From Naegleria gruberi (lineage: Eukaryota), in NCBI GenBank assembly GCA_000004985.1, contig GG738882.1: a stretch of DNA of 64,000 bases. One strand, given 5' to 3'. Under the pieces are notes generated by a model that was not told where the DNA came from, ran no database searches, and saw nothing but the letters and a program-made list of their open reading frames with translations. The position numbers and the translations under genes are program-made. Shown in pieces: positions 29,910-41,109 of this stretch (its first letter is position 1; every line of letters starts with the position of its first letter).

Positions 29910-31337
29910 TTGTTGGTACAGTTCAGATTTGCTTTCAGCTTCTTCAACTTTTAGTTTTTTAATTTTTTTGTCTAACTCCTTTTTTGTGACCCAAGTTGCA
30001 AACAGAACAGAATTTTACAACCATGTCAGCCGTGAGAAGTTTGTTGATTTTTTCTTGATGTCATCTTGAAACGTCATTAATGATGATGATGATGTTTCGT
30101 GAGTTATTTTTTTTTTGAAATATTAAACAAAAAAATAGAGGGTAATTTTACTAATATATTCAAGAATTATTTTCTCAATGAATATATGGAGAAAACAATC
30201 TAAGTACTCAGATATTTCTATAAAACATGTATTGATCAATATATTCTAAAATTGTTATTTTGAATACTATGAATTCATAGTAAATTGGTGATTGGAAATT
30301 TTTAGTTTTTCAGAAGAAGTAAATTTAAGCCACTTTCCGAAAGAACAATAAAAAACCTTCTTTCCAAATGAATATATTAATTGACCTCACCTCCAGTCAA
30401 AAAGAGAGATGTAATTACCAATAGATTCTATAGTGAATTGATGAAAAAGCGAAATCCTTGTGTAAGGTTGTATTGTTTGTTGCCTTAAGGATGTAATTTT
30501 TTTGAAAAGTATTTGTAGCCAAACTTGGTATCGTTCTGTTAGTCATGTTCATTCCTAGTAAATACCATTGTGGCACTGTTCAACGTTTCACATAATATGT
30601 AAAACAATGTAGACTACAAACTCTAAATATTAGAAGACTTGAAACGATTGTGCAATATATTTATTTTTTGTTAGAAATGAATGTGAAATTTCTCTGCTGA
30701 TAAATTGCTGGTCAAAACAAGCCTACCCTTCAGGCAAGCTCTTTTTCATACATCCTTTATCTGGCACCAGAGAAATTTTTAAAACAACAGAAGGATGATG
30801 TAGAGACCCTATTGTGAAATGTTTATATGTTTAAGTCATTATACACGACCTCTGTTAATATAGTAATCGTTTTCAAAAAATTTCCATAATAGAAATTCCT
30901 GCCAAAAATATGAGTGGTAATTTCCAAATACTCAATATTCCAAACTATAGAAGTGGCACCAACAAGCTCTTTACAATACGTAGTAAACCACCTATTCAAC
31001 ATATATTGAGTAGATGAGGTTCTGAGTTGGTTGTGCAACATGTTAATTTGTTATTGGAAACTTTATTTATTAATATCATTATAAATACAAAACATAACAC
31101 CTTCTAAATTTCAAAGGAAGGTGCACCAAACGTGAATATGAAGGGCTCTTCAGATGAAGGTGTGAAGTTAAATGTACATGAATTCCGAGAGCAAAGTCTG
31201 GTACCTTTGGTAAGTAACACGAGTTTCAGGCCATTTATGATCTCTATGTTCCCCCCTGTGTTATCATGTTAAAGATTGAAAAGACTAATTTGGATGACTA
31301 ATAAATAACCGAAATAGAGCAGAAAAAAATTGGCTAC

Positions 31338-31979
31338 ATGATGCTGTATCCACGAGTATTGAATCATCCTCTATGCATTGTACTCTTCCTATTGTCCTTG
31401 TTTCTAACTGTGACTCTTGTCCATACCATTTCCTCCGAACCAAATTCCAACATTGAAATGTTAATTTTCACACCAAAAGAACCTTTCACAACAGTTGACA
31501 TTAGAGGTTCTGTCTCTTGCACACAAGCCAATGATTATGGATTTGAAATACCGAGTGATTATACTGTGGATAGCATGGAAGTCACATACATGTTTACAAA
31601 ATTTTATCCATTCAGTTCAGATCGTCAAGATATTACAATTTATGTAAAGATTGGAAGTGTGGCTAATTCTACTCATTATGATGCAAAAAAAGAGTCCATT
31701 TCCACACCACTTGTAATTGAGAGCTCATCTCAGGAAATACCCATTCGAAACACAACTGTTTATTTCCAAGTATTAGGAACAGGAATGTGCAAAGATAAAT
31801 TGGAGAATTATTACAAGGTTACCTTCAAGATTTATCCAACAAGATTTCCTTGGTGGGCAACCTTACTGATAGTTTTGGGAGGAATGATTGGATTATTTAG
31901 TGTGTTTGCATTATTGACCATTATTGGACACAAGTATAAAGAATGGAAACGTAGGCAGCAATATACTGAGAATATTTGA
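31338..31979 (+). CDS. hypothetical type I membrane protein (signal peptide plus one C-terminal TM helix)
   Basis: ATG 31338. N-terminal hydrophobic LCIVLFLLSLFLTVTLV. C-terminal WWATLLIVLGGMIGLFSVFALLTIIGHKYKEWKRRQQ. Confidence 0.4.
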   Translation: MMLYPRVLNHPLCIVLFLLSLFLTVTLVHTISSEPNSNIEMLIFTPKEPFTTVDIRGSVSCTQANDYGFEIPSDYTVDSMEVTYMFTKFYPFSSDRQDITIYVKIGSVANSTHYDAKKESISTPLVIESSSQEIPIRNTTVYFQVLGTGMCKDKLENYYKVTFKIYPTRFPWWATLLIVLGGMIGLFSVFALLTIIGHKYKEWKRRQQYTENI

Positions 31980-32107
31980 TAGTTTAAACAATTTTGGGAG
32001 TTAAATATGGAATAAATGATTGAAATATTTTAAGTGAGTTTTGGTGAAATAATGTTAACTATTCGATCGTCTGTAGAATTAGTAGGTAGACATTGTTCAT
32101 GATGGTT

Positions 32108-32692
32108 TTACACTAAAGAGAAATTACCCAAATAAATATTGTGAAATACTGTGACAAATTCCAAATTTCCATCTGAGGAACTATTTTCCTTCAATTCAAA
32201 CTTTGATGGAATTTCAAAAATACGAGTTGGCTTAACAACTAATCCAGAGAAAGGCGTGATTTCTTGAGCATCCATTTGATATATGATATCGACCAATATT
32301 GCATTTGGGCAAAACTTTACAAAGTGACCTTCAATAACTCTAACAACATCCAAGCTAACCTTAAATAATACTCCAACCAAATTGAGAATTGAGAAAGTCA
32401 TTGAGCAAGTACTTTCAACTCGACTTGGAATCTTGCTGAAAATTTCAATTGGCCACTCCATTCGTCCATTATTATTACTTAACAGGAATGTTGATTCGAC
32501 ACATTCATTCATGGTCACTTCTCTAACTACGAAAGGAGCTTCCTTTCCATCCAATTTTATGATCAAATCCTTGTCAAATCGAACTTCAAGTAAGGGAGCA
32601 GAGACCAATCTTTTCAGAACAGAACGTGCATAAAATCCGTTTTGTTGTTTGGCAGAGGAAGAAGCAACATCACTTGATTTGTTTGATGGCAT
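32108..32692 (-). CDS. hypothetical protein
   Basis: 194-aa ORF with ATG. No family recognised. Confidence 0.3.
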   Translation of the reverse strand: MPSNKSSDVASSSAKQQNGFYARSVLKRLVSAPLLEVRFDKDLIIKLDGKEAPFVVREVTMNECVESTFLLSNNNGRMEWPIEIFSKIPSRVESTCSMTFSILNLVGVLFKVSLDVVRVIEGHFVKFCPNAILVDIIYQMDAQEITPFSGLVVKPTRIFEIPSKFELKENSSSDGNLEFVTVFHNIYLGNFSLV

Positions 32693-32893
32693 TTCATATG
32701 CAAGAATAGTTTTGAATTAGTTTGAATTAGTTTTTTTCTTGTTTTTGAAAAATGTTTGTGAACTTTTGTGAATTTAAAGGTTTTTATTTTGCAAAATCAC
32801 GTTTTTGAACCAAAAATATCATTTCAATCACGTTTGTGTTTATAATAGAACAGAAGACTTGTATTGAGATATTGTGTCTCATTCCAACGTTTT

Positions 32894-34486
32894 TTATTTC
32901 TTCCTTTTTTCAACTTCAGTAATAGTTGCTTGCAAGAGTTTTTCCCATTGTGAATCTTCATCCCCAAACTTATTCTTAAATTTGTCAACGACCTCAATAG
33001 CCTCATTCTCATAACCCAAAATGATCATTGGTCTAATAACCTTATTGGTGATGAACAATAGCAATTTGTTGGGTATTGATTTTTCATAATAGGAGAGAAC
33101 TTGATAATTTTGTAAGGCCTCTTCCAATCGTCCAGCTCTGAGATGATTCAAACACTTTGTAACAATTAGGTCAACATGAGTTGGTACTCTTGAATAGTAT
33201 TCCACTTGATCCAATAACATTGTTGAATCCAATAAAGAAGGAGCTTCATTGATGCATAGATATTTAACTCTGGCGAGTATTTGAGGGAAAAATTTGAAAT
33301 CCTTGATTCTTGAGTGTGGTTTCTTATTCTTGAAAATTTCGAATAATTCCATACGCTTCAAATCTTCCATTCTTGAAGGTGCTTGAGAATTTGCCAAGAT
33401 ATTCAAACATTGAGTGGTACAAGAGATGTCATTAGTGCAGATCAGTTTGACATAGGGAATGTATGGATTTTTGGGAGCTCTCTTACTCTCTTCTTCAAAT
33501 ACTTTCAACATTGAACCATCTTTAACGAACTCTTGAAAGATGTTATACATGCCACCTAAATGAATTGGAAGATCTGTTTCCAAATCGTGGTACCAATCAA
33601 ATTCATCTTCAGAATAGACCTTCTCTAAAATATCTGTCCACGACTTGTCAATATCTCCTTCAGATGGTGTGGTATACTTTTGTTTCACAACTGGATACAA
33701 TTCAATAAATCTATGCATCAATGCTGTTGCATTTTGTAAATTCATTCCCAGTTCCAAACAGATTAAATTAACCATGCACATGAGTTTTTCTCTGGTTGTC
33801 ACACTTTCGATATTCACAAATTCTCTCAATAATAGTTCAGTAATTGCTGAATAATAAGTCACTTGATCATGCAACACAAGATCTTTTCCCTCGATATCTA
33901 TTCCACTCGAAAGGAGTACATGCAAATTCTTCAAATCTTCAAAACTAAACCACTCTTGAAAAATTCCCTTAATCAATAAACCATTAAAAGTTGAAAAATT
34001 TAACATTACATAAATGGCCTGTCTCTTCATCTCATCTAAATTCTCAATTAATTCATATTCATCTTTTTCCATTGTTCTGTTTATAATTGTATAGAAAGAA
34101 AAGTTTCGTATGGTACTTTGTACCAATTCGTTAAAAATACCAGTAGGAAGAGCTTTATCAGGGAATTCTCTTTGATTCTCTTTGATTTTCTTGTTGAGTT
34201 CATCTAAAGCAAGATGAACTGTGGTTTTTTCAAATGCAGGAGAAGAAACCATGTTTTTAATACCAGCTATTTGTTTGACAAGTTGTTCTTTGGAAGTTGG
34301 TGTTGCCAATGTGTTAACAATATCAGTGTTGACAAATGTTGCAAATTCCCGATCATGATAATTTGTTGTTGATTGCTGAGCAGAGTGATTTTGAAAATGG
34401 AGGAGGGTAGTTATTGATGATTTGTTCATCATTACTCTCTTCCTACTACTACTACTACTGAGAAGAGAGCCAAGGTGTTTAAACAT
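32894..34486 (-). CDS. hypothetical protein with predicted mitochondrial presequence and helical-repeat character
   Basis: 530 aa. N-terminus MFKHLGSLLSSSSSRKRVMMNK is presequence-like (basic, Ser-rich, no acidic residues). Remainder predicted alpha-helical. No specific family recognised. Confidence 0.3.
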   Translation of the reverse strand: MFKHLGSLLSSSSSRKRVMMNKSSITTLLHFQNHSAQQSTTNYHDREFATFVNTDIVNTLATPTSKEQLVKQIAGIKNMVSSPAFEKTTVHLALDELNKKIKENQREFPDKALPTGIFNELVQSTIRNFSFYTIINRTMEKDEYELIENLDEMKRQAIYVMLNFSTFNGLLIKGIFQEWFSFEDLKNLHVLLSSGIDIEGKDLVLHDQVTYYSAITELLLREFVNIESVTTREKLMCMVNLICLELGMNLQNATALMHRFIELYPVVKQKYTTPSEGDIDKSWTDILEKVYSEDEFDWYHDLETDLPIHLGGMYNIFQEFVKDGSMLKVFEEESKRAPKNPYIPYVKLICTNDISCTTQCLNILANSQAPSRMEDLKRMELFEIFKNKKPHSRIKDFKFFPQILARVKYLCINEAPSLLDSTMLLDQVEYYSRVPTHVDLIVTKCLNHLRAGRLEEALQNYQVLSYYEKSIPNKLLLFITNKVIRPMIILGYENEAIEVVDKFKNKFGDEDSQWEKLLQATITEVEKRKK

Positions 34487-34669
34487 TTTTTATTGAATTG
34501 AATTATAATGTGGATATGTTCGTACGAGTTCTTTGGTTTACAATATGTTCCAAATTGATTAGTTGCTGTAATGAATATTCGAAATGTGCTTCATAAGGAA
34601 TGATATATAAACCTTAATTTAAGGAAATGAATTGATATGATTTATTGTTCACATTTTCAGATAATGAAT

Positions 34670-34787
34670 GGCTACGGCCATATCACGATGAATGCACCTC
34701 ATCCCGTCCGATTTGAGAAGTTAAGCATCGTCGAGCCACATCAGTACTGAGGTTGGAGACAACTTGGGAACCTGTGGTGCTGTAGTC
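34670..34787 (+). rRNA. 5S ribosomal RNA gene (copy 2, plus strand)
   Basis: GGCTACGGCCATATCACGATGAATGCACC...GGTGCTGTAGTC followed by TTTTTTT (34788-34794). 118/118 identical to the reverse complement of 14413..14530. Confidence 0.92.
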
Positions 34788-34905
34788 TTTTTTTAAATAC
34801 AAGGTAATTTTCCCACAATTATCCAAATTATGACACTTTCAAATGTAATATGGCAATAAGCAAACAAATCATACAATTTTGACAAAAGATTGAACTTTTT
34901 GTTTT

Positions 34906-36153
34906 TCATTGTAAAAAGTATTGATGAAGCTTTTTCAGTGCAACTTGCCATTCAGGTCCACAATTCACAGCTGCAAACTTGGCCACTCCGTTTAACATTC
35001 GAAATTCACATTCAAAATTAGCATTACAATCTCCCATTAATATCTCACGATCCTCTTCCCAAGAAAATAAAACAGTTCCTGTAAATTCAGCCAAAGGATT
35101 CAATTCAACAATTTTCACAATTAAATTTCCATTTGTCATGTCCTTGACAAGAATAATATCGATTGCATAGTTTGAAATTGGTAATTCTGCATTGTTTACA
35201 ATATTTTCCAAGATGAATGAAATGATAAGGTGTTTGATTTGATCCTTTTGTTTGAAAAGCGTTGGGAAATAGACAACTGGGTTGTATTGGGTTAAACCTG
35301 TAATTTTTCTATTGTAAACAAAGGCTCTAAATTCATGAGCTACATCAAAGTCGTTCCACTTTTCAAAATAATTACAAAGAACTTTAACAAATTGAAAATT
35401 CATAACTAGTAAACATACCTCTCTAATAATAAGATCAAGTGGTGATTTTGTTGGACTATCCAACATTGCTTTGAATTCTTGTTGAGCTCTCTTTGATTCA
35501 ATTAATAATTGAATTGCTTCATGTCCATTGTAAATTTTCAAAATTGAAATGCTTGCTCTATATAATGCATACATGATAATATTCGTCTTCTCTGACTTAT
35601 CCAATGATTTATCATCCAATAGCTCACTCTCCTTCAAAATATTCAAATATTCCTCATGAATTAACTTGACAAATCCTTTTCTATTAATGGCTGCATCCTT
35701 TGGTGAAAGAGTTGACAATCTAATAAAAACTCCACTTCTTCCACTCAATTCTTCCATTTCCTTCATCTTACTACTAATTCTATCAGCTAAATTATTCAAA
35801 ATTTTTGCATTTTCTCCAACTTTCCACTCATCATATTCCACTACATTATCTTTTTCATTTTGTGGAAATTCGCACTTCTTGAATTTTTCATTTTCATCAA
35901 TCAATGCCTTGATTTCACTTCTTTCCAATGTCATTTGCAATGATCGGAAGGAAAATGGCTCAATTACTTTGAAATAGGTATCAAAATTTGTTTCTTCCAA
36001 TAAGTGTTGATAATCATCATCGGATGAGCAAATCATTCGTGAATTGGTCGATTGCTTGCTTTTTGTGTTGGTTTTACGAAGGGAAACTCCAGAACGAATA
36101 TCATCGAGGAAGGAACTCATTTTTTTGTATTGGTTTTTATTGAGTTGAATCAA
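34906..36153 (-). CDS. CDC123: CDC123 / D123-family protein (cell division cycle protein 123 homolog)
   Basis: Single 415-aa ORF. D123 signature blocks GVFIRLSTLSPKDA and EFRAFVYNRKITGLTQ (compare FVKLNWSSPKDA and EFRCFV...). N-terminal MSSFLDDIRSGVSLRKT resembles a WH2 motif. Confidence 0.7.
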   Translation of the reverse strand: MIQLNKNQYKKMSSFLDDIRSGVSLRKTNTKSKQSTNSRMICSSDDDYQHLLEETNFDTYFKVIEPFSFRSLQMTLERSEIKALIDENEKFKKCEFPQNEKDNVVEYDEWKVGENAKILNNLADRISSKMKEMEELSGRSGVFIRLSTLSPKDAAINRKGFVKLIHEEYLNILKESELLDDKSLDKSEKTNIIMYALYRASISILKIYNGHEAIQLLIESKRAQQEFKAMLDSPTKSPLDLIIREVCLLVMNFQFVKVLCNYFEKWNDFDVAHEFRAFVYNRKITGLTQYNPVVYFPTLFKQKDQIKHLIISFILENIVNNAELPISNYAIDIILVKDMTNGNLIVKIVELNPLAEFTGTVLFSWEEDREILMGDCNANFECEFRMLNGVAKFAAVNCGPEWQVALKKLHQYFLQ

Positions 36154-36288
36154 ATCTGTTGCTATTTACAATTTTTACAAAAGTTCCAAGTTCATTGAAT
36201 ATCACAAAATATGTTATTTCAATTCTTGTGTTGTGTGGTGAGTAGTGCTTGGAATTGAGTTGTATTATACCATTGAACAGGGAACATA

Positions 36289-37758
36289 TTAAAAGTTTGG
36301 ACCTCTTTCACGAAGAGAAGCTCTAAAGTATAATAATTCCATACATGGGAAACATAACATGTAACCAAACCACAGAATTACATTTCCGAAACGAGTTCCT
36401 TTGACTTTTTCTGTAACGTAGAAGAGTGGAATTTGAGAAATGACCATGCAGAAGAAGTATGGTCTGAAGACTCTAAAAGTGTAGATTAGTACAAATTCAT
36501 GCAAGGCGGCAGTGACAAAGAATGTTGATGTGGCAGCCCAGAATTTGTTGAATCCCTTGACTCGTCTCATACTCTCCACATAGATGTGTCTGGACATGAA
36601 TTTGAGAACTGGTCTATTCCACAATCTCCAATATTGAGAGACACTGGTTGCAGACCACCATTCGAGATAGAATTCTCTATCAGCATATCTAACCATCTCT
36701 GCAGTTGCATTCATAAAACAGTGAAAGACACAATAGAATGTCAGCATCCAAATTATCATGGAAGGAATGGTCAAATTAATGATCAAATCATACCAATCGT
36801 AGGTCTCAATTTCCTGTAAGAATGGTGAGATGTGTCTTTGAATAACGAGATACATTACAAGGCAAATCAATAGACCTCCACCATATTCTCTTGCCACATA
36901 TCGATAATCAACCTTATCAGTTCTTGGAAATTCTATTTCATAGACCAAACTTGGAATTCTCACATACTCTACAAAGTCAAACACCAACCAGTACAATCTT
37001 TCCCAATGTGAATAGGACTCACACCTAATCTTCTCATAACGATTATTGAAAATCGGCTTGTTTCCATTTTGAGCGTATTTCCCTTCATAGACAATTTCCT
37101 CTCTGAAATATCTATTCGTGATGAAATAACTATGCATTTTGAAACTATTTACAACTGTTTGACAACCAAGAGCAGATCTACACAAAGGACTCATACTATC
37201 AGTGTTGAAAACTATCCAAGTAGGAACTGCAAACATAGTCAATTGTGCAAGTGCATAAATTGTACAATTAATTCCATCCCAAAAAGGAGACAATCTCTTC
37301 TTTTGAGCAAATTGAATAAGAATAAACTCAGATAACACTGAATAAATCAAAGAAAATGCAACTATTGAAAACCAATATCCAATTACAAAATGCACACCTT
37401 TCAACATTGTAAACAATAAAGTAAAGTCAATCAGTTGCCCACTCTGTCTCCAATTATGATACATTACATTTCCAGACCAAACAACCAACAATAATCCAAA
37501 CAAATTCAAAAAACCTTCACTACTTTTCATTTCCAGTAGTGATTTTCTTGATTGTGGTGGATAGGGAAACTTTCCTATCAATGTATCCTTCTTATCTGGA
37601 TTGACTCTAAACTCATCCGATGATGAAGAAGATGATTTCGTCTCTGAAGAATCCGAAGAAACTGAAGCAGTAGACTGATCAACTACCTTTCCTTTCAAAC
37701 TAGCTTCAGAAACAACCTCCACTCCACTGTTCGTATTATCAACAGCTTTACTAATCAT
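36289..37758 (-). CDS. MBOAT-family acyl-CoA:sterol/diacylglycerol O-acyltransferase (ACAT/Are- or DGAT1-like)
   Basis: 489 aa, multi-pass membrane protein. Characteristic REFYLEWWSATSVSQYWRLWNRPVLKFMSRHIY (FYxDWWN motif) and the active-site His region FFVTAALHEFV. Confidence 0.75.
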   Translation of the reverse strand: MISKAVDNTNSGVEVVSEASLKGKVVDQSTASVSSDSSETKSSSSSSDEFRVNPDKKDTLIGKFPYPPQSRKSLLEMKSSEGFLNLFGLLLVVWSGNVMYHNWRQSGQLIDFTLLFTMLKGVHFVIGYWFSIVAFSLIYSVLSEFILIQFAQKKRLSPFWDGINCTIYALAQLTMFAVPTWIVFNTDSMSPLCRSALGCQTVVNSFKMHSYFITNRYFREEIVYEGKYAQNGNKPIFNNRYEKIRCESYSHWERLYWLVFDFVEYVRIPSLVYEIEFPRTDKVDYRYVAREYGGGLLICLVMYLVIQRHISPFLQEIETYDWYDLIINLTIPSMIIWMLTFYCVFHCFMNATAEMVRYADREFYLEWWSATSVSQYWRLWNRPVLKFMSRHIYVESMRRVKGFNKFWAATSTFFVTAALHEFVLIYTFRVFRPYFFCMVISQIPLFYVTEKVKGTRFGNVILWFGYMLCFPCMELLYFRASLRERGPNF

Positions 37759-38564
37759 TTTTACAAACTCTATACAACTCCTATTTATACAACAATATCA
37801 AATTCTGATTGAGGAGAAACTTTGGAATTGAGGTCAGGGGTAGTTCGAGCAAACTCGTTCTTTGTTTTTTTTTGAGTTTTATTTTAAGAATCATCGAAAA
37901 TTTTCAAGCAATTAAGTAATTGAACGAAGAAGCAATTTTGAAAATTTCCATAAGGAACCAATGGATGATGTATGGAGGAGGGAAGGAAGTCCTATTTTCG
38001 TGGTTGTAGGATTTTGAGAGAGATTTTAGAGTTTTGATTCAAAAATTGGTGCGATTGATCGTATGAACGAAGGGAAAGGAATTGAATGATATTTTGAGAC
38101 AAGCAAGAATTGAAAGTGTTTGAGTAGTGGCAGAGTTGATGATGAATACGCGAAAGTTGTAGATGAGACTTGCCATTTTCGATTGTGCCTACCTGGTGAA
38201 ATGATGCCGGCTGCATTGGACGAAACTTCCAATAAGCAAATTGTGAAATGTAATGTAACTGACAAATTTTTAGTTACGCTTTGTGTTTGGCGCCAAATGG
38301 AACCCGCTAAAACTAACCGTTGATATATCTAAGAGTGTGACTTTTCCCTCCAATTTTTAAAATCACCACAAAAAAAAACAAGCAAAGCAAGTTGCGAACA
38401 AATTGAAAGCCTCCCAGCGTTATCTTGTTCAACATACTCTAGTAGTCAATCATTTTTTAATTGATCGTACACACAACGAATCTAACCTTCATTACCTAGG
38501 ATCAATTCGTTTCTAAGTTTTTTAGTAGTCAAAAGTTTTCCCGTCATAGTATTTAATAATTATC

Positions 38565-41003
38565 ATGACTCTAATTGTTAAAAAGAGTGGAGAGAAGGAA
38601 CTCTTCTCCTCCGAAAAGATTAGAATCAGACTCCAAGACCACACCAAGGATCTCTATCACATTAATATAGATTCTATCATTGAAAAGCTTCAACTTGAAA
38701 TTCACAACGATATTACCACTGAAAAGTTGGACAACCTCATTGCTGAATGTATTGCCTATATGGCCTATTCTCATCCTGACTATTTAAAGTTGGCTGGTAG
38801 AGTGAAAGTTTCTACCCTCCACAAACACACAAAGTCAAAATTCTCTGAAGTCGTTCATGATTTGCGTAACTTCATCCACCCAAGAACTAATTTGCCATCA
38901 CCATTAATTTCCGAAGAAGTTTTTAATGTTGTTGCTGCCAATGTGGATGTTTTGGATCAAGCCATCAAGAGTGAAAGAGATTTCCAATTCGATTACTTTG
39001 GATACAAGACTCTCGAAAGAAGCTACTTGCTCAAACTTGCCGATAGTCGTATTGCCGAAAGACCACAACACATGTTTATGCGTGTAAGTTTAGGTATCCA
39101 CGGAGGTGACATTGAAAGAGCCATTCAAACCTATGATTTACTCAGTAGTGGTATGTTTATTCATGCCTCTCCAACATTGTTCAATGCTGGTACTCCAATT
39201 CCACAAATGAGTTCTTGTTTCCTCGTTTCTATGAAGGATGATTCCATTCATGGTATTTATGATACCCTTAAGACTTGTGCCCTTATTTCCAAGTCTGCTG
39301 GTGGTATTGGTTTGTCAGTTCACAATATTAGAGCTTCTGGATCATACATTAGAGGTACAAACGGAACATCAAATGGTTTAATTCCAATGTTGAGAGTTTT
39401 CAATGACACTGCCAGATATGTCGATCAAGGTGGTGGTAAGAGAAAGGGTGCCTTTGCCATTTATTTGGAACCTTGGCACTCTGACATTTTTGACTTTTTG
39501 GATTTGAGAAAGAATCACGGTAAGGAAGAAATCAGAGCTAGAGATTTATTCTTGGGTTTATGGGTCAACGATCTCTTCATGCAACGTGTTAAGGATGATG
39601 CCGAATGGTCACTCTTCTGTCCAAATGAAGCTCAAGGTCTTGCTGATGTTTGGGGTGAAGAATTCAATCAATTATATACCAAATATGAAAGAGAAGGAAA
39701 GGCCAAGAGAACCATCAAGGCTCAAGAACTCTGGTTTGCTATTATTGAAGCCCAAATTGAAACTGGTGTCCCATACATGTTGTACAAGGATTCTTGTAAT
39801 AGAAAATCCAATCAACAAAACCTTGGTACCATCAAGTCTTCTAACTTGTGTACTGAAATTATTGAATTTACTGCTCCTGATGAAGTTGCTGTATGTAACC
39901 TTGCCAGTATTGCTCTTCCAAAGTATGTCAATGAAGAAACTCAAACCTATGATCACCAAAAGTTATACGAAGTTGTCAAGATTGCCACTTACAATTTGAA
40001 TAAGATTATTGATAAGAATTATTACCCAGTCGAAGAAGCCAAGAAGAGTAACTTTAGACACAGACCAATTGGTCTCGGTGTTCAAGGTTTGGCCGATGCT
40101 TTCATCAAGATGCGTCTTCCATTCGAAAGTGAAGAAGCTAAAAACCTCAACAGGGAAATCTTTGAAACCATTTACTTTGCTGCCATGACCTGCTCAATGG
40201 AACTTGCTAAGGTTGAAGGAACATATGAAACCTATGAAGGAAGTCCAATCAGTAAGGGTATCTTCCAACACGAATTCTGGACCAGAGAAGGTGAACCATT
40301 CGAAGGTAAGACTATTACCAGCGGTAGATGGGATTGGGAAGGTTTGAGACAACAAGTCTTGCAACACGGTGTCAGAAACAGTCTCTTAGTTGCACCAATG
40401 CCAACTGCTTCCACCAGTCAAATCTTGGGCAACAATGAATGTTTCGAACCATATACATCAAACGTTTATACTAGACGTGTTTTGAGTGGTGAATATCCAG
40501 TCATTAACAGACATCTTGTTGCTGATTTGATCAAGATTGACATGTGGAATCCAACTATTGTTAACCAAATTATTGGTAATAGAGGTTCCATCCAAAATAT
40601 CCAAGGTATCCCTGATGATATTAAGGAATTGTACAAGACTGTTTGGGAAATTAAGCAAAGAAGCTTGTTGGATCTTGCCATTGAAAGATCTCCATTCATT
40701 GATCAATCTCAATCTTTGAACGTTTTCATTTCAATTCCATCAGTTTCCAAGATGAGTTCTATGCACTTTTATGCTTGGTCTAAGGGGTTGAAGACTGGTA
40801 TGTACTATTTGAGAACTCAACCAGCCGCCGATGCCATCCAATTCACTGTCGATCCAAACATGATGAAGCAAAGCGTTTCAACATCACAAGCTGAAGAACC
40901 AAAGCAAGAAGAAGAAGTTATCGTTTGCAAAAGAAAGAAGAGAGGCCAAGCTCCACCTGAAGGTGAAGAAGACGAAGAAGAATGCCTCGTCTGTGGTGCT
41001 TAA
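38565..41003 (+). CDS. RNR1: ribonucleoside-diphosphate reductase large subunit (class Ia RNR alpha)
   Basis: Intronless 812-aa ORF, ATG at 38565. N-terminal ATP-cone ([19 protein letters not shown]). Catalytic blocks [35 protein letters not shown]-terminal redox tail ...EECLVCGA. Confidence 0.95.
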   Translation: MTLIVKKSGEKELFSSEKIRIRLQDHTKDLYHINIDSIIEKLQLEIHNDITTEKLDNLIAECIAYMAYSHPDYLKLAGRVKVSTLHKHTKSKFSEVVHDLRNFIHPRTNLPSPLISEEVFNVVAANVDVLDQAIKSERDFQFDYFGYKTLERSYLLKLADSRIAERPQHMFMRVSLGIHGGDIERAIQTYDLLSSGMFIHASPTLFNAGTPIPQMSSCFLVSMKDDSIHGIYDTLKTCALISKSAGGIGLSVHNIRASGSYIRGTNGTSNGLIPMLRVFNDTARYVDQGGGKRKGAFAIYLEPWHSDIFDFLDLRKNHGKEEIRARDLFLGLWVNDLFMQRVKDDAEWSLFCPNEAQGLADVWGEEFNQLYTKYEREGKAKRTIKAQELWFAIIEAQIETGVPYMLYKDSCNRKSNQQNLGTIKSSNLCTEIIEFTAPDEVAVCNLASIALPKYVNEETQTYDHQKLYEVVKIATYNLNKIIDKNYYPVEEAKKSNFRHRPIGLGVQGLADAFIKMRLPFESEEAKNLNREIFETIYFAAMTCSMELAKVEGTYETYEGSPISKGIFQHEFWTREGEPFEGKTITSGRWDWEGLRQQVLQHGVRNSLLVAPMPTASTSQILGNNECFEPYTSNVYTRRVLSGEYPVINRHLVADLIKIDMWNPTIVNQIIGNRGSIQNIQGIPDDIKELYKTVWEIKQRSLLDLAIERSPFIDQSQSLNVFISIPSVSKMSSMHFYAWSKGLKTGMYYLRTQPAADAIQFTVDPNMMKQSVSTSQAEEPKQEEEVIVCKRKKRGQAPPEGEEDEEECLVCGA

Positions 41004-41109
41004 ATTCTCTTCCCTATTCTGTAAATTACACACAACCTACCCAAAACACATTGTGCACTTTAAGTAGTGACAAGTGAACCATCTAATTCTCTTATTTATT
41101 AAAACAAAA

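Noticed and set aside
38565-41003. RNR large subunit as a marker of a mobile or viral module
   Set aside because: Full-length eukaryotic-type class Ia alpha subunit with ATP cone and C-terminal CxxC tail, in normal genomic context. No adjacent small subunit, intein or homing endonuclease.
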